From NCBI RefSeq assembly GCF_032191835.1, contig NC_083236.1, forward strand, positions 12,772,001-12,836,000: 64,000 nt of DNA, in the 5' to 3' direction. Shown one piece after another: positions 24,364 through 37,620 of this stretch (its first letter is position 1; each line of letters opens with the position of its first letter). The position numbers and the translations under genes are program-made. The DNA is from Heteronotia binoei. Lineage: Eukaryota. The notes beneath the pieces are model-generated. The model was not told where the DNA came from and searched no databases. It saw only the letters and a program-made list of their open reading frames with translations.

Positions 24364-25021
24364 TGTGACTGACTGTGACTAAAATGGTACAGATTTAAGA
24401 TCCAATGACAGAATAGTAAAATTATCTGTTAGGCAGTGGTTTAGAATGTAAAATGGTACAAATATAAGATCCAATGACAGAATAGCAAAATTAACAAACT
24501 GAGCAAACCTTTGATCTGAGTAGCATGAGCATGCAAAAGCAACAAAACGGTAGTATGTCAAAATGTGAGAGTGTCTGTTAATGACACTATTGTTATAAAC
24601 CTGGGCCAAAAGGAAGGAATTTCTGTCTCAGAAGTTTTCCCATCCAACTAATTTACCTTTTAACATGCAACATACATATCGTTTGTCATTAGGAGAAAAA
24701 TACATTAAAATATAGTGGGAGTTGAGTTCAAGATCTGTAATGGGATAAACAACCAATATCCCTGTTTGAGTGTGTCAGTACAGCTAAAAGATAAACACAT
24801 TGGATAGTGATGGGCTGGATTCAGCCTGTTCAGTAGACTTATTCTCAAGAAAGTGTTCTAAGGGTTGCATTGAGAGGGTGAGTGGCCCTGGCGATCTGAA
24901 GCAGCAAGACAAAGTTTGACAGCGATGCTGATTCTGTGAACTTCGGTCGATCATGAGAGGGAAGGCAGGAAGAGTTGCATCAGTGCTTCGTTCTGCTGGC
25001 TCTTTCTTACACACCCGGGGA

Positions 25022-25290
25022 AATGCCATTGTGGTGTGGTGGTTAAGTGTGCGGACTCTTATCTGGGAGAACCGGGTTTGATTCCCCCACTCCTCCGCTT
25101 GCAGCTGCTGGAATGGCCTTGGGTCAGCCAAAGCTCTCGCAAGAGTTGTCCTTGAAAGGGCAGCTTCTGTGAGAGCCCTCTCAGCCCCACCCACGTCACA
25201 GGGTGTCTGTTCTGGGGGGAGGAAGATAAAGAAGATTGTAAACTGCTCTGAGACTCTGATTCAGAGAGAAGAGCAGGGTATAAATCTGCA
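25022..25290 (+). mobile_element. MIR/Squam3-like SINE
   Basis: Family match to 17898-18185. Confidence 0.7.
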
Positions 25291-26437
25291 GTCTTCATCT
25301 GCTTGCCGTTTTGGGGTCAGGCAGCAATTTTGTCCAGTCCAGTTGTTGTGTACGAGGACTCAAGTGAAGACTTATGCTGGTGTTCCTGCCTGGCTCATTG
25401 GAGCCATTAGAACAGAGCTTGGGGACTTAGAACAATGGGCAGCAGGATCCAAATCCCTGCTGCCCTGCACCAATCAGGGCCCCTTGCTGGTTTGAATCAC
25501 CCAATAACGTGCCAGCGCAGGAACCTGATTTGTACATAGTTGGCCCAGTTCCCCAGTCTTTGAGTGCAGCCCTATACTATGCTGTACCTATTAAAACGCT
25601 GATGATTACTATCACTTCGCCTCTTCATTACATTGAACCCACTATATTATACCAGCTTTGCCAGGCACTCGGGAGGGTTTTTTTTTAAACCCCTGGAGGG
25701 TTTTTATAACATATATATTTTAGCTACTGCATCCCACTGCTGGCTCTAGTTCAGTGCATGGTCCACTAAGACCCCCAGGTTCTTTTCACACAGACTACTG
25801 CCAAGACAAGTCTCCTTCGTCCTGTATTATGCATTTAGTTCTTCCTACCTAAACACAAAGCTTTATATTTATCCCTGTTCAAATTCATTTTATTTGATTT
25901 AGCTCAGTTTTCCAGCCTGACGGGGAGTCCTGGCAGAATCCTGTCTGGTGCGCAGAGCCTCTCTGGAACTGCAGCCCCTGTCAGCAATACAGCTGGGCTC
26001 AACTACCTCCCAGCCGATTTCAGCTGGGGCCTGGAAAGACAGCCTTGCTGGATCAACTGGTTTGCAAGAACACAACCCTTGTCTGCTAGATCTGACTCCA
26101 GGCTCTGGTCAGAGGCCATCTGACTCTTGGGGAGACCAACTGAAGCCTGAGGCCAGTGCACCCAGGTTGTACAAACAGAATACATATATGCCCCCCCTAG
26201 GTGAGGGGGGGTGAGGAGTTGATTCTGCACCCTAAGGCCCAGGTTCAGCATAAGCTATACAATGAAGGGAATTACCTATGCAGCTCTATCTAAGCTAGAG
26301 GTAGCCACATGTTGTGCCAGCAAACTTAATGCAGCTGTGGCAAATTAATTGTATGTGCTTTCATTTATCTGCCCTGGACCAATCAGTCTTTTTCCCCTCT
26401 CCCAGCAGGTAAACTATCCCTCCACCAGGCTTGGAGA

Positions 26438-27368
26438 TAGGGTTGCCAAGTCCAATTCAAGAAATATCTGGGGACTTTGGGGGCGGAGCCAGGAGACTTT
26501 GGGGGCGGAGCCAGGAGACATTAGGGGTGGAGCCAAGATCAAGGCCGTGGCAAGGGAGTTCTGGCCTTCACATTTAAAGGGACGGCACACCTTTGGTGTG
26601 GACAGCCAGTTTGGTGTGGAGAGCCAGTTTGGTGTAATGGTTAAGTGTGCGGACTCTTATCTGGGAGAACCGGGTTTGATTCCCCACTCCTCCACTTGCA
26701 CCTGCTAGCATGGCCTTGGGTCAGCCATAGCTCTGGCAGAGGTTGTCCTTGAAAGGGCAGCTGCTGTGAGAGCCCTCTTTAGCCCCACCCACCTCACAGG
26801 GTGTCTGTTGTGGGGGAGGAAGGTAAAGGAGATTGTGAGCCGCTCTGAGACTCTTCGGAGTGGAGGNNNNNNNNNNNNNNNNNNNNNNNNNNNNNNNNNN
26901 NNNNNNNNNNNNNNNNNNNNNNNNNNNNNNNNNNNNNNNNNNNNNNNNNNNNNNNNNNNNNNNNNNNNNNNNNNNNNNNNNNNNNNNNNNNNNNNNNNNN
27001 NNNNNNNNNNNNNNNNNNNNNNNNNNNNNNNNGGAAATAATGAAGGATAGGGGCACCTTCTTTTGGGGCTCATAGTATTGGACCCCCTGGTTCAATCTTT
27101 TTGAAACCTGGGGGGTATTTTGGGGAGAGGCACTGCATGCTATACTGAAAATTTGGTGCCTCTACCCCCCAAAAAAGCCCCCCCAGAGCCCCAAATACCC
27201 ACAGATCAATTCTCCATGATTTTCTATGGGAATAAATCTCCATAGGGAATAATAGAGTTCCCAGCAGACATTTCCCTCCCCTCTCCCCGCTTTCTGATGA
27301 CCCTGAAGCAGGGGGAGGGCCTCCAAACCGGGGGATCCCCTGCCCCCACCTGGGGATTGGCAACCCTA
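26438..27368. mobile_element. Non-autonomous hAT element (TAGGGTTGCCA type) with a nested SINE and an N-run
   Basis: TIRs TAGGGTTGCCAA ... TTGGCAACCCTA; perfect 8-bp TSD CTTGGAGA at 26430-26437 and 27369-27376. Confidence 0.88.
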
Positions 27369-28424
27369 CTTGGAGACCATGAATGTATGCCTTCACACCT
27401 AGACAGTTAACCAGAATGTACACTTTTGGTTTATGTTAACTAGTGGCAAATGCCAAGGAAGAGAACTCACAGTATCATGCTCATGCTGCAAGCAGAGTTT
27501 AGTGAGACAGCGCTATGGCTTTTGCCAACTGGTCTTGGGATATCTGCTTACTGTAGCAGAGGTTACCCAGTCATAAAAGCATGATACTGAGTGCAGTAAA
27601 TAAACCTCTCAAGAAGTATATTGCCAAAAAGGTACATTTAACATTTATTCACGCAGATCCAGTTCACATTCAAGATGCAGTCAAAAGAGGATAAAGAAGC
27701 CTCATCTAAAGAGTGCTTTCCCCTATCACAATGACCAGCTTGTCTGGCATCATGTGTGTGGGAGGATGAGGGCACAGTATCTACAAGAGAGACCTGTGGA
27801 GACATGTGTTTCCTTGGAATGCCATGTGAAACCAGAGAGAGGAGAGGTCAGAGGGCATCTCCCAGGTGAAGATGAAGAGAGGCATCCCATTCAAGGAGAT
27901 AATGCTCGGGGCGGGGGGGTGGGGGCGCCAGTGACCAGGCATGCGGAGGCTTTCACTCCAATAATCAGACCACTCTGTCAGTGTTGTTTGGATTTTCAAT
28001 ACAGTTCCATCAATGTCTGAGAATATAAAAATGAGTGCAAACTGCTGCAAATTTCTGAAACACCCACCTCCTCCCATGTAAAGTTTTTTACCTGCAGTCA
28101 TCACATCAGAAAATCTTTTGCCTGTTGGGGAGCAAAGCGTTTATAGAAAGAGACACACAGCTGTTTCTGAATCCTCCCCTCCAACCAGATCTGACCACAG
28201 ATAGGTCTCTGATGAAGCACTTCTTTTGGGGGAATCATCCATCCAAAAGAGGAATGGGGGTCCACAACATAAGAACCTGATCTTCCCACTGTGGGGCATC
28301 CATTTGCTTCTGTTTGGATTTCATATCAGTTCAAGTTGCTGTAATTAAAATAGTCTCGACAAGCAGCAAACACAAGCCTTTACTGGCATATATCAGATTA
28401 TGAATAAGGCAAAAAAGAGATACA

Positions 28425-28473
28425 GAGCCGCCCTGAGCCTGCCCCGGCGGGGAGGGCGGGATAGAAATAAAAA

Positions 28474-28557
<84 letters not shown>
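28425..28557 (+). repeat. L2 tail ending in a long (TTA)n microsatellite
   Basis: gccgccctgagcc...gggcgggatagaaat followed by about 80 bp of TTA repeats. Confidence 0.85.
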
Positions 28558-29502
28558 AACAAAATAAGCCAGTCATATACAGCTATACATTAGACAACTG
28601 ATCCTTGATTACCATACTCAAGAATAAAGCAACCTTTTCAGTTATTTCAGGTGACAAATCATTCAGAAGATGGCAGACCTTTGCAGCATCTGAGCGACTG
28701 GTCATAATGAGCACAATTGGGTCTAGAAACCTAAGGCATATGGTATCATATTGGGAGCAGTAAAGAAGAATATGGGGCAACTAATCAACTTGTTTTAAAT
28801 TGCATGTACAAAGTCTTAATGAGTGGGATTTTTTTTTATATCTCCCACATGTCATTATTTCTCAGTGTTATGTATACAACCAGTAGTGCTGCTGACAACC
28901 TGTCCTTATCTCCTTCCTTCATGCCCTGCCTTTCTTGCCTGCAGCCACCCAGAGTGGCTTATCTCATTCTCCCCTCTTCTGTTTTATCCTCACAGTACCT
29001 ATGGGAGTCTGTAACTGGCCCTGGCTTCCATGGGAGAGTGGGAATTTGAACAGGAGTCTCCCAGATCCTAATCTGACCCTGTCATTAGTACGCCGCACCG
29101 GCTCTGCAGAAATGGGCAGCTGATGCTTTTGATGGCATGGAGAGGAGTATCAACACCTGGTAAATAACAATGCATTAAGCCTCTGTTAAGGTAAATTCCA
29201 GACTATGGGCAGCCCTGTTCTGGACCTTAGGACTCAAAGATCAAGATGGTGCCACCAGCCACCACATTAGAGAACAGTGCTCCAGATATTTCCCAGCCAA
29301 ACAAACAACCCGTGACAAAAATAACAATCCTCTTAAAGCAATACAATGTTTATAAAGTAGAATAGTTAACATATTATGCATGCTCACAAGATTAATACAA
29401 ACTATAGCAACGCTTCCCCATCCAACAGGTAAAATAAATAGTTCCAAAAAATAAGTCACAAGCACTCCAAACTAATATCACAGTTCAATGTCTCTCTGTT
29501 TT

Positions 29503-29700
29503 AAGAGAAGCCATGTTGGATCAGGCCAACGGCCCATCCAGCCCAACACTCTGTGTCACACAGTGGCAAAAAATTTTATATATACACACACACTGTGGCT
29601 AATAGCCACTGATGGACCTCTGCTCCATATTTTTATCTAAACCCCTCTTGAAGGTGGCTATAAGAACATAAGAGAAGCCATGTTGGATCATGTTGGATCA
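29503..29700 (-). mobile_element. CR1 3' UTR fragment with local duplication
   Basis: Near-identical to 19116-19300. Confidence 0.8.
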
Positions 29701-31584
29701 GCCATGTTTTAGGTGCTTGCAGACTTCTCTGGACCTGGAGATTCTTCCCCCAAACTTGGGGGGGGGGGGCAGGAACTGTGAGCCCGAGGATTGTCTCATC
29801 TCTTTATCGAGAGCTCTGGTTCACCCTGCTATACAGCCTCCTTGAAAATAAACCTTCAAAAGGGAACAAGATCAAGCCTTTGGAGCTGAGGAGAAGCATG
29901 TGTATTACAGTATTAACAGTGAAGGCTTGATCTCGTTCCATTTTTAAATGATTGTAAACATTTTCAAAGAGACTAAACCTAGAGGATTGTTCTTTTTGTC
30001 ACGGTCTGTTCCCCCCCTCCCTCCCCCCTTTGTGCAGGTCAGATCGCGTTCCCTGCTTTTGGTGTGCTTTTCAGATATTTCCAGGCACCAACATGCATGT
30101 GATAATTCCTATGGAATGTATTCGAATATACTGACGTAACACCAATTTTTTTTTTTTAAAAAGAAAAATCTGTAATTGAAATGGAACGCTTGGATTTTTA
30201 AAAAAATGCCCCCCTTTTGCTCTAGCAAGTGCTTTCCGCAAACATACTGGTAATTCATTTTTTCCCCCATGTTGTTCACGTTCTCTTCTTTGTATGAATA
30301 AACCATATGCTTTAGATAGGAGACTTTTAGCTTATTTTAGCATCAACAAAATCTGTTCACTATATCAAGACTCCGTCGCAAAACACATAAAACCAAGGAA
30401 CACGTCAAACAAACCATTGTGCCCGGGGTTGAGAGGCAGAGGGCAAGAGGTTCTGTGATAGTTATGGAGATGGAAAGGGACCCTGGCAGCTGCGTGGTGG
30501 GGGAGAAGGGATGCTCCACTGGACCGACAGCCTCATTTCCCAACCGGCAGGGGGAAATGCTGGCTACTCGGCAGGCTACAGTCTGACACTTTTGTGGAGT
30601 TGCCTTCGGGCAACAATGGGTGGGGAGGGTGTTGGCTTTTACCCTGGGATGGTTGCAGCGACAGTAAACGGAGGGCAAAACAGTGGCTAGTCTTGCCCCC
30701 CCACAATGTGATGGAGATCATAACAGTTACATAAACGCTGGTTTCAAAAGACCAACAATTGAAAGTATAATATCATAAAAACCAGACACAAACTTCAAAT
30801 CAGTAATTTAATGTCACTGCAACAATCCTAAAAGCATAAATAAAAGATAATGCAAGTTAAACAACCAATTAATGAGTAGTAACAATAGCATAAAAATGAG
30901 CACCAAAATGAGATAACAGTTGAAGATCAAGATAAATGTGATGCTCAAAGGAGTGAATGTATGTGGTACATTAGATAATGATGTGTGTATGAATAAATAG
31001 TGATGAAAAATATGCAAATGACGTGCAAAGTCTCTGAGGAGGGAGCAATTTCAACAGCCGCCGTCTCCCACGTGGAGGCCATTAGTGGTTAGCACTGAAA
31101 ATGGAGCAGGGGAGATGAATGTAAACAGCTCATTCCTCTCCCTGGATTGGCTCCCTCCGATCCATTCTGCCGGCTCCTCGGGCACGAGGAGCTTTGCTTT
31201 GGAGGAAGGCACCTCTGCGAGCACCGTGGCAGATCCTCAGGACCCAGCTTGCCATCTTAGAAACCACGTGGATGTTGCAGGTAGATTTAGTGAGGCGTGT
31301 GGAGTAGCTGTCACAAAGGGACCGCAGAGGGATGGGAACAGCAGTGAAGGTGGGGGAGGGAGAGAGAAACGGTTGGCAGACTAGAAAAGGGGCAGATGGA
31401 GGGTCAAAGCGGAAGAGACGTTTGCAGTGTGATTTGGTCGGGGAAGAAAGTGGTGCTGTGGCTGGAGGTCAGGGCAGGTTGCAGGTTTTTATTAGCCCCC
31501 AGGTTCAGGCCTTGTTCTGTCCCTGCCCTCTTTTGGCTATGCTGGAAGACCAAAGTAGAAGTCTCTTATGCCCCTTCTGGCTCT

Positions 31585-32089
31585 TAGGGTTGCCAATCCC
31601 CAGTTGGGGGCAGGGGATCTCCCATTTTAGAGGCCCTCCTCCCACTTTAGGATCATCAGAAAATGGGGTGGGAGGGAAATGTCTGCTGGGCACTCTATTA
31701 TACCCTATGGAGACCAATTCCCATAGGATATAATGGAGAATTGATCTATGGGGATCTGGGGCTCAGGGGGGTGCTTTTTTGCAGTAGAGGCACAAAATTT
31801 TCAGCATAGCATCTTGTGCCTCTCCTCAAAATACACCCCAAGTTTCAAAACGATTGGACAAGGAGGTCCAATTCTGTGAGCCACGAAAGAAGGTGCCCCT
31901 ATCCTTCATTATTCCAAATGGAAGGAAGGCATTTAAAAAGTGTGCAGTCCCTTTAAATGTGATGGCCAGAATTCCCTTTGGAGTTCAATCATGCTTGTCA
32001 CACCCTTGCTCCCAGCTCCACCCCCCAAAGTCCCTTGGCTCCACTCCCAAGGTCCCCAGATATTTCTTGAGTTGGACCTAACAACCCTA
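31585..32089. mobile_element. TAGGGTTGCCA-type hAT MITE, opposite orientation to 26438-27368
   Basis: Termini and internal sequence match the family; the TSD is not recognisable. Confidence 0.75.
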
Positions 32090-33975
32090 CTGTTGAAGGA
32101 AGCTCTACAAGAACTTGAAAGAGTTTGCTTCTGCCAACATGCCCCCCATTATGAAATGGGCAATTATTACCTCAGAGGTCCGTGTGTCACAATAGGAACC
32201 TCTGGAGTGACTGGCTGTTTCTGGATGGAAGGGCCAGCTGCACACAGCTGAGTGCAACAGTTTTATTTTTCTCTGAAACCAGGAAATCCATACTTGGTTG
32301 GCTGCCTCCTACTCCTTCTTCTGCCAGGAAATGGAAAATCACTCCAACAGGAACAGAGCTCCCTAATCTTGACCTCTCCCAAGAGAAGACTGTCTCTCTG
32401 GAGTTTACTCACCTTACTTCAGCTCCTGGGGTCAAACAGAACAGGCCTTCAGAGTTCTTACCTAGTGGGCAGGCTCACACAGGAGAAGGTGCTTGCTCAA
32501 GCGGAGATCTAAAGGTTGGGGGGGCGGGGACACAAAAATTTGGGATATCCCCCCATTTTTTCCTAGGCCACTCCCTCCCAAAATTTTCTAACCAAAACAC
32601 TGGAAATTTGGGAGAGTACTGGGGAAAAAAAAACCCCTATGAAATTGTGACAGATTGATATGGAATGAAGAAAATAAATGTGTAAGGAATCCAAATTACA
32701 ATAAAATTAAGAAAATACAAAAGACTGGAGTGTTTAATGATTTGCAAATATATTCTTAGGATTAAAGTATCAACATAGATTGTTGTGTTCTGTGCACATG
32801 TTTTTCTTTGCACAGTCTACAAGTCTGGCAAAATCTTTATGAGTTCCAATCCACAGCAATAGAGTGAGTGCTTCTTGCCGATTTCACAGACTTGGCAGAA
32901 ATCCAACAAGCAATATTAATTGGTCCACAAAAAGTCTTTCTTCTGATGGGCGGGCTGGCTTGAAGGAGCCTCGTTTCAGACAGGCTTTCTCAAAGAACCG
33001 AATTCACAAGTTCTGCAGCAAGAGTAGAAATATTTCAAGGGGACATAAAAGTTTTCCACCTAAGCAGTAAAATGGTCTTGTTACAAATCGGTGCACATGT
33101 CAGTGCCTGTATGATCACTGATTACACTTAGCTGAAGCATGTAGGAGACTACACTATATATTTTCAGAGTCAAATTGGGGTCCAAACTTAATATGAGAAT
33201 TACCACTCTGAAAACTGAACACAAGACTAAGCCTTCAATGCTTTAATTGCTGGCAAAAATTCGAAGCAGATCTGAATGCCTTGGAGCCGAAGAGCAAATG
33301 CGCCGCCCCCCCCCCTGCCCCTTCCGGGTCTGCTTTGGAGCGGCTCCAAATGCCTTGGAGGTAAAGAGCAAACACGCCATGCCGCCCAGGTCTGAATGAG
33401 GGTAACGCAGCTTATTTGCTCTTTGCCTCTGAGGTGTTCGGAGCAGCTCCAAACTCCTCAGAAGTGATGAGCAAACACACCGCCCTGCCCAGTCCACTCT
33501 GGGTCTGTGCAGACCCGGAAGGGGCTGGGCGGGGTACACGATGCTTTTGCTCACCTCTGAAGCTTTGGGAGCCCTCCAAATGCCTCAGAGGCAAGCAAAC
33601 GCAGACAGGGAGGCACAAGTGGGGACAAGGAAGGGGTGGCCACCCCACCCATGTGGCCAGATGGCACCCTACGCAGCTGTCTACCTGGCCTACTCCCATG
33701 CACCGGCCCTAGTCTTGGGTCTGAGTCTACCAAGTGCTGTAGGTGTGAAAAGAATTGTAGAAAATCTGTGAGTGGTGGACAAGACAGCAGGCCAGAGAAT
33801 TTTTACTTTCTCTTGTAGAGGAAATCACCCCAGAGAATAGATGACTACGACCTTTTCTGCACATCAGTGTTGTCGCTATTTCCCAGCGGGTTAAATCCCC
33901 AGCTGATGCTCCAACTTCTACAAAAGGGCATTTATTTGGGGATTTTTTTTTTTGCTTGAATTTAGAACCACAAAG

Positions 33976-34481
33976 CGTCAAACATGCTATTTCTGTGTAT
34001 AAAATCAATACATGTATTGGGAGTCATTTCCTCTCTGCCCTAAAATCATTCTCTTTCTTAGTTGCATTTCAAAGCTTGTTCCCCTCCTCCCCTCTTTCTC
34101 TCCTCTCCTTCCTTTCTCACCTCTGGGTAGAAGATTTAGAATATGCAAGTAACCTTGATGATAGAAGAGAGGCGCCTCTCCCAAACAGTTCCCATTCATG
34201 CATCTTATCAGAAAAGCAGGAATGTCTGGGAACCAGGAGAAGTTATAACCACATAATGGTAGTTGGTAGTACCCTTTGAACATCTGTTGCAATTTACATC
34301 TGTATGTTATGGTTTGAAGCTATCTATCCTATTGCCTTTGATGTCGCCTTTAAGAATCTATGCCGTGTGAAACTTTGTATCACTTCCAAGGTATCGCACC
34401 TTGGGCAAGTACCGGATTATCAATAAAACGAGTCTTTGTATCAAACAACTGTTTGGTTATTCGAAATACCGATGCTTGACA
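33976..34481 (+). mobile_element. Solo LTR (506 bp)
   Basis: Ends (C)GTCAAACATG ... GATGCTTGACA; 5-bp TSD CAAAG at 33971-33975 and 34482-34486; AATAAA at 34422-34427. Confidence 0.8.
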
Positions 34482-35969
34482 CAAAGTTGTGTCATCATGT
34501 ACTTTGTCAGCAACGGAACCTCTTTTTTTACGCATGTGCAGTAACATTATCACAACATTGTGGAAGAAAAAGCTAGATGTATTGTGGGAGACAGCAGGGT
34601 GGCTGCCATGGCCAGTGATTTTCAAGCTGGATACAGCAATTCATGAGAGTGTTAGTCAATAATTATGAAGCTCACTAAATGTCCTCAGTAATGGAACCTC
34701 CCTTTTTCTCTCCATGTGCAGTAATGTTATAGCATCATAACATTATAAAGAAAAGGCTGGATGTTATCATGGGGAACAGCATGGTTGCCACCATTTCAAA
34801 GGTCCCCTGTGCCTCCTTAATCGCAAACTAAGAAAATGGCTGGTGAAGATTCCCACAAAACCCTAATGAAGATAGTATTTCATTTGCGATTGTCAAACTG
34901 GATACACCAATTCATAACAGTGCTATTCAATAATCATGAAGCATGTTAAATGGAAACATTGCACATGTTGACTTTCCATGATTATCAGATCAATTGTATA
35001 ATTCCATTATTTCCAAATGTTTAAAAGACTGAATTGTCATCAAAAATACACTGGGTGGGAGCTATAGGGGAAGAGAAGAGACGGGGAAAATGAAGAAACA
35101 ATACAAGCGCTAAGAGGNNNNNNNNNNNNNNNNNNNNNNNNNNNNNNNNNNNNNNNNNNNNNNNNNNNNNNNNNNNNNNNNNNNNNNNNNNNNNNNNNNN
35201 NNNNNNNNNNNNNNNNNNNNNNNNNNNNNNNNNNNNNNNNNNNNNNNNNNNNNNNNNNNNNNNNNNAATTGCATGGAGAAAGCTAAATTAAATCTTACTG
35301 CTCATTTTGTCCCTGCATTATAACACAGCGACATTTTTTTTTAATCAACATAATGCACCACAATTATGCTTTAAAAAAAACAGTCTGTTGTTTGTGGTAC
35401 TTGGGAGGGTGGGGGCCTGGGGGTTAGGGTGTACATGTGACACTGTGCAGCCTTTCTTTTCCTCGACACTAAATCCAAGCATGGACTAAAGGTAAAGGTA
35501 AAGGTAGTCCCCTGTGCAAGCACCAGTCGTTTCCGACTCTGGGGTGACGTTGCTTTCACAACGTTTTCACAGCAGTTTTACGGGGTGGTTTGCCATTGCC
35601 TTCCTCAGTCATCTACACTTTCCCCCCAGCAAGCTGGGGACTCATTTTACTGACCTCGGAAGGCCGGAAGGCTGAGTCAACCTGGAGCCGGCTACCTGAT
35701 AGGGTGGCCAGACCGTCCCGGTCTCCCGGGACTTTCCCGGTTCTGGCCCCCAATTCCCGGCTCCCGGGCTGGGTATACCGGGACCATTAAGAGGTCCCGG
35801 TTTAGCCAGCCAGAGAGCCGGGGGCCGCGCGCCCGGGCGGGGAAGGCGGCGAGAGAGGGAGGGAGCGACCCTGCGCGTGCGCAGATCGCTCTGCGCACGC
35901 GCAGGGACGCTCCCTCCCTCCCTCGCCGCTTTCCCCGCCCGCGCACGGGGCCCGGCGGGTGGCGGCGGA

Positions 35970-36795
35970 GGCCCGGGAGGGCGTCGGAAAGGCCCGCGGG
36001 GGTCGCTGGAGGCCCTCCAGCGACCCCCGCGGGCCTTCCCGAGGCTTCCCGGGCCTCGCAACCCCCACCCCCCGTCCTCCTCCGCCCGGGAGGGCGTCGG
36101 AAAGGCCCGCGGGGGTCGCTGGAGGCCCTCCAGCGACCCCCGCGGGCCTTCCCGAGGCTTCCCGGGCCTCGCAACCCCCACCCCCCCGTCCTCCTCCGCC
36201 CGGGAGAGCGTCGGAAAGGCCCGCGGGGGTCGCTGGAGGCCCTCCAGCGACCCCCGCGGGCCTTTCCGAGGCTTCCCGGGCCTCGAAACGCCCACCCCCC
36301 GTCCTTCCCCGCCCGGGAGGGCGTCGGAAAGGCCCGCGGGGGTCGCTGGAGGCCCTCCAGCGACCCCCGCGGGCCTTCCCGAGGCTTCCCGGGCCTCGCA
36401 ACCCCCACCCCCCCCGTCCTTCCCCGCCCGGGAGGGCGTCGGAAAGGCCCGCGGGGGTCGCTGGAGGCCCTCCAGCGACCCCCGCGGGCCTTTCCGACGC
36501 CCTCCCGGACCTCTAGCATTCCCCCCCCCGTTCTCCTCCGCCCGGGGGGCCATCGGAAAGGCCCGCGGTGGTCGCTGGAGGCCCTCCAGCGACCACCGCG
36601 GGCCTTTCCGACGCCCTCCCGGGCCTCTAGCATTCCCCCCCCTTCTTCTCCGCCCGGGGGGGCGTCGGAAAGGCCCGCGGTGGTCGCTGGAGGCCCTCCA
36701 GCGACCACCGCGGGCCTTTCCGACGCCCTCCCGGGCCTCTAGCATTCCCCCCCCCGTTCTCCTCCGCCCGGGGGGGGGGGGCGTCGGAAAGGCCT
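35970..36795. repeat. GC-rich minisatellite, 7 full units of about 113 bp, each centred on a long palindrome
   Basis: Palindrome centres at 36013, 36126, 36240, 36353, 36468, 36582 and 36694. Confidence 0.93.
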
Positions 36796-37151
36796 CTCCG
36801 CCGCCGCCGCTGCCGGACTCGCCGCCGCCGGACTAGCCGCAGGTAAGGGGGCCGGGGGGGGGCTGNNNNNNNNNNNNNNNNNNNNNNNNNNNNNNNNNNN
36901 NNNNNNNNNNNNNNNNNNNNNNNNNNNNNNNNNNNNNNNNNNNNNNNNNNNNNNNNNNNNNNNNNNNNNNNNNNNNNNNNNNNNNNNNNNNNNNNNNNNN
37001 NNNNNNNNNNNNNNNNNNNNNNNNNNNNNNNNNNNNNNNNNNNNNNNNNNNNNNNNNNNNNNNNNNNNNNNNNNNNNNNNNNNNNNNNNNNNNNNNNNNN
37101 NNNNNNNNNNNNNNNNNNNNNNNNNNNNNNNNNNNNNNNNNNNNNNNNNCG

Positions 37152-37620
37152 CAGAGTGTTGGACTGGAGGGGCCACTGGCCTGATCCAACAGGGCTTCTC
37201 TTATGTTCTTATGTGACCCAGAGTGTTGGACTGGATGGGCCACTGGCCTGATCCAACAGGGCTTCTCTTATGTTCTTATGTGACCCAGAGTGTTGGACTG
37301 GATGGGCCACTGGCCTGATCCAACATGGCTTCTCTTATGTTCTTATGTGACGCAGAGTGTTGGACTGGATGGGCCACTGGCCTGATCCAACAGGGCTTCT
37401 CTTATGTTCTTATGTGACGCAGAGTGTTGGACTGGATGGGCCACTGGCCTGATCCAACAGGGCTTCTCTTATGTTCTTATGTGACGCAGAGTGTTGGACT
37501 GGATGGGCCACTGGCCTGATCCAACAGGGCTTCTCTTATGTTCTTATGTGACCCAGAGTGTTGGACTGGATGGGCCACTGGCCTGATCCAACAGGGCTTC
37601 TCTTATGTTCTTATGTGACC
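37152..37620 (+). repeat. At least 7 tandem copies of a 67-bp unit derived from the CR1 3' terminus
   Basis: cagagtgttggactggatgggccactggcctgatccaacagggcttctcttatgttcttatgtgac starts at 37152, 37219, 37286 and onward; it resembles the reverse complement of 19120-19190. Confidence 0.92.

Noticed and set aside
24381-24492. About 44-bp imperfect direct repeat with a period near 67 bp
   Set aside because: An ordinary local tandem duplication in AT-rich DNA with no further structure.
28583-28780. HILLYC-containing ORF as a host gene exon
   Set aside because: It resembles the C-terminal fragment of a non-LTR retroelement; no splice context, and too weak to assign to a family.
31068-31271. Two CCACGTGG E-box palindromes in a moderately GC-rich patch
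   Set aside because: Could be an enhancer, but two 8-mers alone are not enough evidence without conservation data.
35642-36836. Several long ORFs (up to 367 aa) on both strands
   Set aside because: They arise from the stop-poor GC-rich 113-bp tandem repeat; the translations are repetitive with no domain.
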